NCBI GenBank assembly: GCA_965207885.1
Contig: OZ242311.1
Span: forward strand, 1,984,001-2,048,000
Direction of reading: 5' to 3'
DNA length: 64,000 nt
Origin: Candidatus Latescibacterota bacterium
GTDB lineage: Bacteria; Latescibacterota; UBA2968
In this document: positions 31,549-40,410 of the stretch, one piece after another
Numbering within the stretch: position 1 is the stretch's first letter
Layout: each line of letters starts with the position of its first letter
Position numbers and translations under genes: made by a program
Notes under the pieces: model-generated
The model's input: the letters and a program-made list of their open reading frames with translations, nothing else
Database searches by the model: none
Told to the model about the DNA's origin: nothing

Positions 31549-33939
31549 TTAGTCGTCGTCGTCAATGATTACATTTACACCTACTACTACTGAGTCATAT
31601 CCACCCCCACTGGCCGTGTGCGTCAGCCGCACCCAGTAATCTATACTGTCATCGTCCTGGGCGGCTGTCATTGTCACCGTCTGCGCTGTGTTCCAGTTCT
31701 GATCAGTGAATGTGAGACTTGTGGGATCTGTCGATAGCTTGTCCGAATCAGAACTGCTAATTGTTACGGTGACATCTGCCGAAGGCTGGGTTTTTAAGGC
31801 CACTGTGTAGGTCGCGGTCAGCCCTTCTGTGACCGTGAACGCCGTCGGCGTCAGGACCAGATCTGCTGTGCTTGGAGTACCATCGGCAACCGTAGAATTG
31901 TTCGTGACGTCCTGGTAGGAAAAGAAGGCGAGCGCGTTGCCAACTGTATCGAGGAAGAATCCCGGCGCATTCTGGGCGAAGTGGTTGTTGTAATCTACTT
32001 TGACACTGTCTCCCCGGGTTATGGCGGTCGATAGGGTCAGTGTGATGTTGGATCCGATACTGGCATTACTGGGCTCTACCACCCTGTTATTCACTGTAAT
32101 CCCGGCGACTGCTTTGATGATCCGTCCCAGTTCTACGTTGAGGAATTCACTGAGCCAGGTTACCTGCGGCGACACGTCGATTTCCTCGCTGAAGGATATA
32201 GTGACTGTAAGTCCATCCGTAGATGTCTCAGATCCGGTATATATCGGACGAACACCGTCAACTTTGTGATCAGAATCAGGAGGAACAAATGCCTCACCAG
32301 ATCGATAGTCTATTCGATTGCCTACCAGGTCGTTGATTGTTCCTAGATCACTGGGTTGAACTCCAGGAATATCTACTGACAAAGCGGCGACGGGTAGTTG
32401 AATCCCGTCAGTTGAAAAATCACCTTCTTGAATTGTATATCTGAAAACTGCTTCTGTATCAGAAGACTCAACATAGCTTGCAAGTGCAGCAACTCGATCT
32501 CGCAACGCTAAGATGTACTCAGGAGAACCTGTAATGTCAACAGACTCACTAAATCTGATAGTAACTTCTACCGAGTCTCCGATAGCGTAGCCGTCCGTAT
32601 CAGGAGGAGTAGAAGTCAATTCAGCAGTTGCAACAAAAGGTCGAATGCCGTCAACTTTACGTGATGAATCAGTAGCTACTGCTGTATGAGTCAATTCAGC
32701 AGTATTTTCACTGCGATCCTGAATATACTCATTCTCGCCTACTGGCAAGGATAATGAGTTGGCAATGATAGAGATGCCTAAGCTATCACTAAGACCTTCT
32801 GATACTTGAAATGCGAATTCATGAGTGTTAGAGTAGTTGACTGAGAAACGATGATCAGCAGGTTGATACCTTGCCTCGACAGTATCAGCACCTACAACAA
32901 CAGATAACGTTGGTCCTCCACTGACTCCTACGACTTCGCTGAACTTAACTTTTGCGATGACAACGTCATCAATAGCGAAAGTAAAATCTGAACCTGCACT
33001 GGTAATAAATTCAACCGCAGTGATTGTTGGTGCAATATGATCAAGACGACCATCTACCTTGTGATCCGCCTGGGGCTCGAAACCGGCATAGATCCGATAG
33101 GCCGCTGTACTCGTTCCCACGGCAGTGACGGCAGTGTGATTGATAAAATTATGCCACGTACCGTTACTGTCCTGGTAGCCGCCGTCCATTTTTATGCCGT
33201 CGTCGTCGCGATCAGCCGATTGGACCTCATAGCCGAAGACCAGCTTGTTGGTGCCGGAGCCGCGGAGGTAACCGGCGGATTTCCAGTTGCTGCCGACCCA
33301 GAGGCCAAGTGCCGGATTGCCATCTACATCTACAGCTCTGCTGAAGGTGGCCTCGAACTCAATGGTCTCGCTTTCGCCATAGGTGTCTTCCCTGATAGGA
33401 GATGAGATTATCTCGATGTCCGTGATGTTCGGGTCATTGTCAATGATGGTGATCACGCACTTGTTGTCGCGGGTGGGATCGTCGAGATCAACCACGAGAT
33501 CGGTAGGTGTGAAGCGGGCAGTGAAGGTCTCGTTGCCTTCAATCAGAGTGTCTTCCCTGGTTGCGAAGGTGCGCTTAGCCCGGTTGGCGAGGTGCTCTTC
33601 GCGGGTGGACCATATCGACTCTGTGTTCTGATGCACGTAATCATCAGTACCAGCCGTTCCCGCATCGGTGTGCCAGTACGCAGCGAAGGGTAAGATGTGC
33701 TGGTGGTTGGTCACTCGAATCAGGAAGACATCTACTGAGTCGCCTTCCACGACTGTCGTATCCGGGCAGTCGAGGTAGAGTTTGGCCGTGTCAGCAGGAA
33801 CTTTGCTGAGAGAGAATGTGGGCAAGTCTTCCTGGGCAGCAGAAACTGCGGGCGGATCTTGAAGGCCGTTCAGTCCGATGAGGATGGTGATCGCAACGAT
33901 GCATGCCGACCACCCGAGTATGCCGGTTATCTTTTTCAA
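31549..33939 (-). CDS. Secreted acidic surface protein, paralog 1 (Calx-beta-like and repeated Ig-like domains)
   Basis: TTG start after AAGGAGG, signal peptide; EGNETFTARF..ITIIDND; repeated Y.IGD.V...FSE.V...G.P modules; FTDQNWNTAQTVT C-terminal domain. Confidence 0.75.
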   Translation of the reverse strand: MKKITGILGWSACIVAITILIGLNGLQDPPAVSAAQEDLPTFSLSKVPADTAKLYLDCPDTTVVEGDSVDVFLIRVTNHQHILPFAAYWHTDAGTAGTDDYVHQNTESIWSTREEHLANRAKRTFATREDTLIEGNETFTARFTPTDLVVDLDDPTRDNKCVITIIDNDPNITDIEIISSPIREDTYGESETIEFEATFSRAVDVDGNPALGLWVGSNWKSAGYLRGSGTNKLVFGYEVQSADRDDDGIKMDGGYQDSNGTWHNFINHTAVTAVGTSTAAYRIYAGFEPQADHKVDGRLDHIAPTITAVEFITSAGSDFTFAIDDVVIAKVKFSEVVGVSGGPTLSVVVGADTVEARYQPADHRFSVNYSNTHEFAFQVSEGLSDSLGISIIANSLSLPVGENEYIQDRSENTAELTHTAVATDSSRKVDGIRPFVATAELTSTPPDTDGYAIGDSVEVTIRFSESVDITGSPEYILALRDRVAALASYVESSDTEAVFRYTIQEGDFSTDGIQLPVAALSVDIPGVQPSDLGTINDLVGNRIDYRSGEAFVPPDSDHKVDGVRPIYTGSETSTDGLTVTISFSEEIDVSPQVTWLSEFLNVELGRIIKAVAGITVNNRVVEPSNASIGSNITLTLSTAITRGDSVKVDYNNHFAQNAPGFFLDTVGNALAFFSYQDVTNNSTVADGTPSTADLVLTPTAFTVTEGLTATYTVALKTQPSADVTVTISSSDSDKLSTDPTSLTFTDQNWNTAQTVTMTAAQDDDSIDYWVRLTHTASGGGYDSVVVGVNVIIDDDD

Positions 33940-33945
33940 GTCATT

Positions 33946-34078
33946 CCTCCTTAAAAAGAGTGGGTTATGGTTTGCTGGACCATTCACGCTGTGTATGTTG
34001 CGGCAGAGGGCCACTGGCTGACTACCAATCCGACAGGGCCTTCTGCCGTTTCCGCTGAGAAATATCACGGCTGATTCT
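33946..34078. repeat. Structured leader element copy B
   Basis: Near-identical to copies A and C; ends on the minus strand in the AAGGAGG RBS of paralog 1. Confidence 0.9.
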
Positions 34079-34148
34079 TAAAATATTTGAGACGACCTGC
34101 CAGGTGGGACTTTGTTTGGCTGTGTGATTTGGGGGTATGCCATCGCGA

Positions 34149-36470
34149 TTAGTCGTCGTCGTCAATGATTACATTTACACCTACTACTACCGAGTCATAT
34201 CCACCCCCACTGGCCGTGTGCGTCAGCCGCACCCAGTAATCTATACTGTCATCGTCCTGGGCGGCTGTCACTGTCACCGTCTGCGCTGTGTTCCAGTTCT
34301 GATTAGTGAATGTGAGACTTGTGGGATCTGTCGATAGCTTGTCCGAATCAGAACTGCTGATTGTTACGGTGACATCCGCCGAGGGCTGGGTTTTTAAGGC
34401 CACAGTGTAGGTCTCGGTCGCTCCTTCTGTAACCGTGAATCCCGTCGGTGTCAGTACCAGGTCTGCTGTGCTCGTTGTACCATCGGCAACCGTAGAATTG
34501 TTCGTGACGTCCTGATAGGAAAAAAGAGCGAGCGCGTTGCCAGCCGTATCGATGAAGAATCCCGGCGCACTCTGGGCGAAGTAATTGTTGTAATCTACTT
34601 TGACACTGTCTCCCTCGGTTATGGCGGTCGATAGGGTCAGTGTGATATCGGATCCGGAAATACTGGCATTACTGGGTTCTACCACCCTGTTATTTACTGT
34701 AATCCCGGCGACGGCTTTGATGATCCGTCCCAGTTCTACATTGAGGAATGTGCTGAGCCAGGTTACCTGCGACGGCACGGTGATGTCCTCGCTGAAGGTT
34801 ATGGTGACCGTCAGGCCATCCGTGGATGTTGCAGCACTGGAGAAGGTGGGATACACACCATCTACTTTGTGATCGGAATCGAAAGGCATAGCCCGGTGGA
34901 ACAGGTCAGCGGTATTTCCCACGGCGTCCTTTATGGTACCGCCGTTGAGAGTGAGTCCACGCATGGGGAAGCCGATGCCGCGGCTTGCAGAGTCGCTCTC
35001 CTCCACTGTGTAGATAAAGACTGCGCCATCTTCATTCGCGTTAACGTAGCTGGCCTGTTCCACCGCACTATCCTCGAAGGCCAGATCAATCTGCGGCGTG
35101 CCGGTAACGGTGATGTCTTCGCTGAATGTCACTGTCACTACGATGGTATCGCCGATGGCGTAGGTGGCATCATTTTTCGGAGTAGAGGTGAATTCTATGC
35201 TTGAGATGGTAGGAGACACACCATCTACCTTGTGTTCACTGTCAGAGGCCACGGCGTCGTGGGTCAGGTCAGCGTTGTTATCATATTGGTCCTTGATAGA
35301 ACCGCCATTGAGGGTGAGTTTGTTCGCACCGATGGAGATGCCGTTGCTGTCATTGTCACCCTCCACCACCTGGGTGAGGAAGCTCACCAAGAGGGAGTCA
35401 GTAGAGACGGCGGAGTAATCCGCCCTCCTTGACTTCGCACCGATGTCCAGAGACAATAGGGGGGTGCCAGTGATGATTACTCCTTTGCTGAATGTCACTT
35501 CCACGACGATAGAGTCGCCAATGCCGTAAGCACCGTCGTCTCCTGGATCAGAGGTGATATCAATTGATGATATGGTCGGGTCTATAGCCGCCGTGATTGA
35601 GCCATCTACCTTATGACCGGACTGGTTGCCGATGCCAGAATAGATCCGATAGGCCACTGTACTCGTTCCCACGGCAGTGACGGCAGTGTGATTGATAAAA
35701 TTATGCCACGTACCGTTACTGTCCTGGTAGCCGCCGTCCATTTTTATGCCGTCGTCGTCGCGATCAGCCGATTGGACCTCATAGCCGAAGACCAGCTTGT
35801 TGGTGCCGGAGCCGCGGAGGTAACCGGCGGATTTCCAGTTGCTGCCGACCCAGAGGCCAAGTGCCGGATTGCCATCTACATCTACAGCTCTGCTGAAGGT
35901 GGCCTCGAACTCAATGGTCTCGCTTTCGCCATAGGTGTCTTCCCTGATAGGAGATGAGATTATCTCGATGTCCGTGATGTTCGGGTCATTGTCAATGATG
36001 GTGATCACGCACTTGTTGTCGCGTTCCGGATTAGTCATATCTGTGACATTGCCAGTAGTTGTAAATCGTGCAGTAAAAGTCTCGTCGCCCTCGAGCAGGC
36101 TGTCTTGTCTAGTTCGAAAGGTGCGTTTTGCCCGCCCAGCTATGCGTTCAGCATCCGTACTCCAAATCGCACCTGTATTCTGATGAACGTAATCAGTAGA
36201 ATCAGCAGTTCCAGGATCAGTATGCCAAAACGCACCGAAATTTAAACCGTGATCATGATCGGTCACAAGAACGAGAAATACATCGACATTTTCTCCTTCA
36301 ACAACTGTCGTATCCGGGCAGTCGAGGTACCAACTTGCATTGTGAGTAGCGACCTTGCTAGCTTGTTGATCTTGAGCGAATATAGTAGACGGGTTTCGAA
36401 GATTGATAAAACCTGCTGCGAGTAGTACGATGATCGCAGACCATACTAGCCTGTCAAATTTCTTTCTCAA
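34149..36470 (-). CDS. Secreted acidic surface protein, paralog 2
   Basis: Same architecture as 31549-33939; TTG at 36470 after AAGGAGG; shares near-identical blocks with paralog 1. Confidence 0.75.
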   Translation of the reverse strand: MRKKFDRLVWSAIIVLLAAGFINLRNPSTIFAQDQQASKVATHNASWYLDCPDTTVVEGENVDVFLVLVTDHDHGLNFGAFWHTDPGTADSTDYVHQNTGAIWSTDAERIAGRAKRTFRTRQDSLLEGDETFTARFTTTGNVTDMTNPERDNKCVITIIDNDPNITDIEIISSPIREDTYGESETIEFEATFSRAVDVDGNPALGLWVGSNWKSAGYLRGSGTNKLVFGYEVQSADRDDDGIKMDGGYQDSNGTWHNFINHTAVTAVGTSTVAYRIYSGIGNQSGHKVDGSITAAIDPTISSIDITSDPGDDGAYGIGDSIVVEVTFSKGVIITGTPLLSLDIGAKSRRADYSAVSTDSLLVSFLTQVVEGDNDSNGISIGANKLTLNGGSIKDQYDNNADLTHDAVASDSEHKVDGVSPTISSIEFTSTPKNDATYAIGDTIVVTVTFSEDITVTGTPQIDLAFEDSAVEQASYVNANEDGAVFIYTVEESDSASRGIGFPMRGLTLNGGTIKDAVGNTADLFHRAMPFDSDHKVDGVYPTFSSAATSTDGLTVTITFSEDITVPSQVTWLSTFLNVELGRIIKAVAGITVNNRVVEPSNASISGSDITLTLSTAITEGDSVKVDYNNYFAQSAPGFFIDTAGNALALFSYQDVTNNSTVADGTTSTADLVLTPTGFTVTEGATETYTVALKTQPSADVTVTISSSDSDKLSTDPTSLTFTNQNWNTAQTVTVTAAQDDDSIDYWVRLTHTASGGGYDSVVVGVNVIIDDDD

Positions 36471-36584
36471 ACTATACCTCCTTAAACGTAGTAGGTTATG
36501 AAGGTCTTGTAGACAGGTGAGTACGGTAAGCATAACAACAAATGCTTACCATCCAAGTATGCCGATTGTCTTTTCCAAGTCATT

Positions 36585-36718
36585 CCTCCTTAAAAAGAGT
36601 GGGTTATGGTTTGCTGGACCATTCACGCTGTGTATGTTGCGGCAGAGGACCACAGGCTGACTACCAATCCGACTGGGACCTTCTGCTGTTTACGCTGAGA
36701 AATATCACGGCTGATTCT
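36585..36718. repeat. Structured leader element copy C
   Basis: Aligns with copy B over its full length. Confidence 0.9.
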
Positions 36719-36790
36719 CAGCGTAAATTAGCCTCAAAGCGGTTCAACTTTGGGTTACATATTCTCTTATTTGACAATATAATTTTAACT

Positions 36791-36808
36791 ATGCAAAATC
36801 TGTGCCAA
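36791..36808 (-). promoter_or_regulatory. Sigma54 -24/-12 promoter
   Basis: Minus strand TTGGCAC-AGATT-TTGCAT fits the consensus TGGCAC-N5-TTGC. Confidence 0.88.
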
Positions 36809-36819
36809 CGTGAATTTGT

Positions 36820-36955
36820 CACAAGATAATTTATCATAAAGCATTATTTATATTTAAGTAATTAAAAAAGAAATATAAAAATCAGTCTGGAATTTTATAT
36901 TCTCAATTACCATATATCGTGATATTTAGCCATATATGGTGATTGTCGATATTAA
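36820..36955. promoter_or_regulatory. AT-rich IHF-like tract plus putative upstream activator sequence
   Basis: ccatatatcgtgatatttagccatatatggtgattgtcgatattaa about 100-150 bp upstream of the -24 box; conserved at 44440-44576. Confidence 0.6.
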
Positions 36956-37015
36956 GAAAGCCCGTCTGGAGTTGCCCGCTTGAGTGGATAGTGTAGAAGG
37001 TTTCCCACCTTATCT

Positions 37016-40000
37016 TTACCAGCGCAGGGTGCCTCGTGCGAGCACCTCATGGTCTGCGCCGTTTAGCAACGGGCTTTCGCGGCGTTGCACATCAACGCCC
37101 AATTCGAAGTGGGGACGCTCCCGGTTCAAAAGCGCAAGGCCGTACCCTGCTCGGTAGTCCCGGCCATACTCAGAGGTCCCAAATCCGATTCTCGGTGTCC
37201 CAACGAAGCGTCTGCCCACAGGCAGACCGTAGCCTAAATCGGCTTTGAGGCGTCTTTCTGAAGTGTGTCTGTCGGAGACCCTGAACTGCTCCATCGTCTC
37301 TCTGCCCCACAGCATTTCGGCACCACTTACTGCCTGACCGCCCCACGATGGTGAAACCCGCGCTACAAATCCCAGAGGCGTTGACGGCCTCGGATTGTAA
37401 CTGAACGAGATCGCCACACCCTTATCCTGGAACCCTTTCGCCTGGTGTACCAGCAGTGTCCGCACCCGCACGTCGGCCGACAGCCCGGACAAGGGATTTA
37501 ATGCGATCAGGCTACCGGCGAGGTCCACGCCCGCACCCGTTTCGGCGTCGCCGCCGTCGTGCCGCAACCCAACCTCCAGGCGCGGCTGCAACGACATTCC
37601 ATCCCCCAACGCGTAGCTGCGCGAGGCTTCCAGACCCGCACGCAACCGCGTCACCAACGCCCGTGTCGCCGCCAGATTCCCCGCTGGACCAGCTATGTCT
37701 GCGTTCGCCATCGCCACCCCCAGCGCATCCGTCTTGAATGCCAGCCCAAAGCCGCCCACCGACGTAAACTCGCCCCGCAGCCCCGCCGCGGCCATCGCCA
37801 TCGACAGCCCCGTCTCCAGCACCGCACCTGCGCCCGGCGTCAAGCACAACCCACCCTTGCCGTATCCGGTCACACCCCAGAGTGTGATGCGGTCGGTCGC
37901 CCTGTAGCCCAGCCACGGGTAGAGTCCTGTCACCGACGAAGCCAACTGGCCGTTGTCGATGTCTGCATACCTGCCCTGGCCCCGGCTGTGCGCCAGTGTC
38001 AGGCCCGTCACCAGCGGCCCCTTCGCGTAGTCAAAGCCGAACAGCAGCGAGCGCACAGCCCCGTTCAGTGACAGCGTACCTTCACGCCCGCTGAAATCCG
38101 AATGGGAACCGTTGCTCCAAAATGACAGGACGCTCCCGCGACGCATCTCACGGTTAAGCGTGAACGCAGAGCCGGTCAGCACATCGCCTCTACCACCCAC
38201 GGATATCCGGAGAAGTTTAGCGATGTCTAGGTCGCCACCACTTGTCCGGTGTCCGCCTGCTGCCATGCCGCCCAATCGATTGAGGAAACCCTGCGCTATA
38301 TCGCGCTCCAGGCTCCGTCTCAGGTGCCATCCCGCGACCCGACCTTCAAAGCCAGGATCGCGTGGGGCGGCAATGCGTTTCTTCACTTGCTCGACCACAC
38401 GCACTGCCACTGTGCGCCCGAAACGCGCCATATAGGCTTGAGGCATGGGGTCGGAGTTGGCAATCGTACCCGTTGCCTCGGCGCGGGTGATGGTGAGTGT
38501 GCGCAGCGTGTTGCCATTGCCATCCATCAGCCGTGCGTTGCTGATCTTGACCTTCACTGTCTCGCCGTTGTCATTCACCGTGTCGTCAATGATCCGGACG
38601 AATGGTCTTTGATGCACCTCTCTCTTATCCATCCAGTCCGAATACTTGGGGCGAGCCAGATAGTCCGTCCCTTCGATGGCGGTCCCTCCCGAGATGGTCT
38701 CGAAGTCGTACACGATGTAGTAGCGCTGCGAAGGGCGCGAAGCGGTGACGGTGAACCGGAGCCACCCGTCATCCTCATTCGCGGTTGCATCCCTGATCGA
38801 TAGCGTCGGGTACGAAGCGTTGAGGGTGAGCGACGGGGCGTTCAAGAGTAGTCTGCCGTCCGGGTCGCACAGCGCGCCGTCCAGGTTGCAGGCCTGATTG
38901 GCAGTCATCGCGACGATGACCTCGCCGTCATCGGTTTCTGGACGCACCTCCATCCGCCAATGGTTGCTGAAGGTCGCGAACTTCGTGGTGCCGGGAAGAC
39001 GCCTGCGTTTCTTGTGGATGCGCTGTGCCTTAACGATTTCACCGTCCGTCACTGTGAAGACGTAGTCGCGCATGTCCTTGAAGCTCTTGGAGATGGCTGT
39101 CGAGAGCTTCAGGTCAAAGACGTAGTGAAGCCGCCCGCCCGATCCGTCCACCGGGTTCTTCTCCACGAGTCTCGCGGTAAGCCCGGTGCTCGGTGTGCCT
39201 TTGACAATATCCGAGGGGGTGCTATCGCCCGTGTCGTTCGTCGCGATGACGCGGACCATGTACTCCGGGCCGTTGGTCACACCCGTGATCGTGTAGCTCG
39301 TGTCCTCATCGTCCTCCAGGATCGCCTGGCGCCCGTCTGTCTCCGCATCGGCAAAGGTCTCGCCCCCCGACTTCCACTCGACCTTATATCCTCTGGCACC
39401 TATCGGTCTCTCCCAGGTGACCTCGAGTTGTCCGTGCTTCGGGATCACCTGCACGCCAGTTACCTGGTCTGGAGGATTCGTGAACAGCTTTATGAGCACC
39501 ACCTCTCCGAAAGTCCAGTCCAGGTCAAACTGGTCCGGAAGACTGTCTCGCCAGTCCTGGACCTGATCGCCGAAGTGCACGACCACACCCGATCCGGTAA
39601 GGGATAAAATGGCAGTCAGGGCGTTCCAAGGGGGATCGAACCCAAGTGGTAACGACTTATTGATAGGGTCGTACTCCAGCCGGTTCAGGGTGTACGTATT
39701 GCCGAGGATCTCAAACGACCGTGGCACCAGCGCGCCCGTCCCGTTCGTCTTGTTGTACCCCAGGAGGTTCCCGTTGAGGTCAACCGTCAGGTTCGCGGTG
39801 AACGCCGCCATAGGGTCCGCAGTCGGCGCGCCCGCCGCGCGCGCCACCTTGATCGTGTAGGTCGCCGTGGTGTTGTCCTCGGCCGTGACCGTGATCGTGA
39901 CCGTGTTGAGACCCTCGGACAGCGCCAGTGTGGCCGTGCCCGGCGTGGTCGTGTCCGTATCGCCCGCGATCGCCACCGTCGCGCCGTCGTCGTTCTTCGT

Positions 40001-40225
40001 CGCCGTTACCACGATTGAAGTCGTGTCGTTCTGAACAAACACGCGGTAGGCCATCGTGTTCGCGGAGAATGTCGGGCTGAGCGTCAAGCTCGTGCCGCCA
40101 CCTGTCGTCAGCGCCAGCGCGCTCAGTGTGGCGTCGCCGGACTGCGCCATCACAGCGTGCGGAATCGCCAGTAGCGCGGCGAGTGCCAACAGAAGGATAC
40201 GGTGGAAAGTCGTGACTCTGTGCAT
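37016..40225 (-). CDS. Autotransporter-like surface protein: cadherin-like beta-sandwich, FN3, Calx-beta, C-terminal beta-barrel
   Basis: ATG 40225 after AAGGAG; signal peptide; DATLSALAL..SPTFS; LEVTW..YKVEWKSG..YMVRVIATN; ARFGRTVA linker; barrel ending LRW. Confidence 0.75.
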   Translation of the reverse strand: MHRVTTFHRILLLALAALLAIPHAVMAQSGDATLSALALTTGGGTSLTLSPTFSANTMAYRVFVQNDTTSIVVTATKNDDGATVAIAGDTDTTTPGTATLALSEGLNTVTITVTAEDNTTATYTIKVARAAGAPTADPMAAFTANLTVDLNGNLLGYNKTNGTGALVPRSFEILGNTYTLNRLEYDPINKSLPLGFDPPWNALTAILSLTGSGVVVHFGDQVQDWRDSLPDQFDLDWTFGEVVLIKLFTNPPDQVTGVQVIPKHGQLEVTWERPIGARGYKVEWKSGGETFADAETDGRQAILEDDEDTSYTITGVTNGPEYMVRVIATNDTGDSTPSDIVKGTPSTGLTARLVEKNPVDGSGGRLHYVFDLKLSTAISKSFKDMRDYVFTVTDGEIVKAQRIHKKRRRLPGTTKFATFSNHWRMEVRPETDDGEVIVAMTANQACNLDGALCDPDGRLLLNAPSLTLNASYPTLSIRDATANEDDGWLRFTVTASRPSQRYYIVYDFETISGGTAIEGTDYLARPKYSDWMDKREVHQRPFVRIIDDTVNDNGETVKVKISNARLMDGNGNTLRTLTITRAEATGTIANSDPMPQAYMARFGRTVAVRVVEQVKKRIAAPRDPGFEGRVAGWHLRRSLERDIAQGFLNRLGGMAAGGHRTSGGDLDIAKLLRISVGGRGDVLTGSAFTLNREMRRGSVLSFWSNGSHSDFSGREGTLSLNGAVRSLLFGFDYAKGPLVTGLTLAHSRGQGRYADIDNGQLASSVTGLYPWLGYRATDRITLWGVTGYGKGGLCLTPGAGAVLETGLSMAMAAAGLRGEFTSVGGFGLAFKTDALGVAMANADIAGPAGNLAATRALVTRLRAGLEASRSYALGDGMSLQPRLEVGLRHDGGDAETGAGVDLAGSLIALNPLSGLSADVRVRTLLVHQAKGFQDKGVAISFSYNPRPSTPLGFVARVSPSWGGQAVSGAEMLWGRETMEQFRVSDRHTSERRLKADLGYGLPVGRRFVGTPRIGFGTSEYGRDYRAGYGLALLNRERPHFELGVDVQRRESPLLNGADHEVLARGTLRW

Positions 40226-40232
40226 AGTTGGT

Positions 40233-40398
40233 CTCCTTAAACAGAGTGGGTTATGGTTTGTTGGACCATTCTCGCTCTGTATGTTGCGGCAGAAGATCAC
40301 AGGCTGACTACCAATCCGACTGGGACCTTCCGCTGTTTCCGTAAATATCACGACTCATTCTCTGAGCCTCAAAACGATTCAAATTTCGGGTCACATAT
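40233..40398. repeat. Structured leader element copy D with extended upstream homology but no sigma54 box
   Basis: Aligns with A/C/E; homology stops at tcacatat, about 12 bp from the activator stop codon. Confidence 0.9.
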
Positions 40399-40410
40399 CC
40401 GATACACCAT

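Noticed and set aside
33940-34068. Shared N-terminal peptide RIGSQPV..CRNI..NHNPL in track ORFs 31549..34068 and 37016..40351
   Set aside because: It is a translation of the non-coding element. A strong RBS and signal peptide lie downstream, and the frame is not preserved in the other copies.
31549-36470. Diversity-generating retroelement TR/VR pair in the duplicated adhesins
   Set aside because: No reverse transcriptase in the window, and the differences are not adenine-specific.
36771-36799. TTGACA-N17-CAAAAT sigma70-like promoter on + strand overlapping the sigma54 box
   Set aside because: Poorly conserved in the paralogous block at 44390-44418, and it points at no gene.
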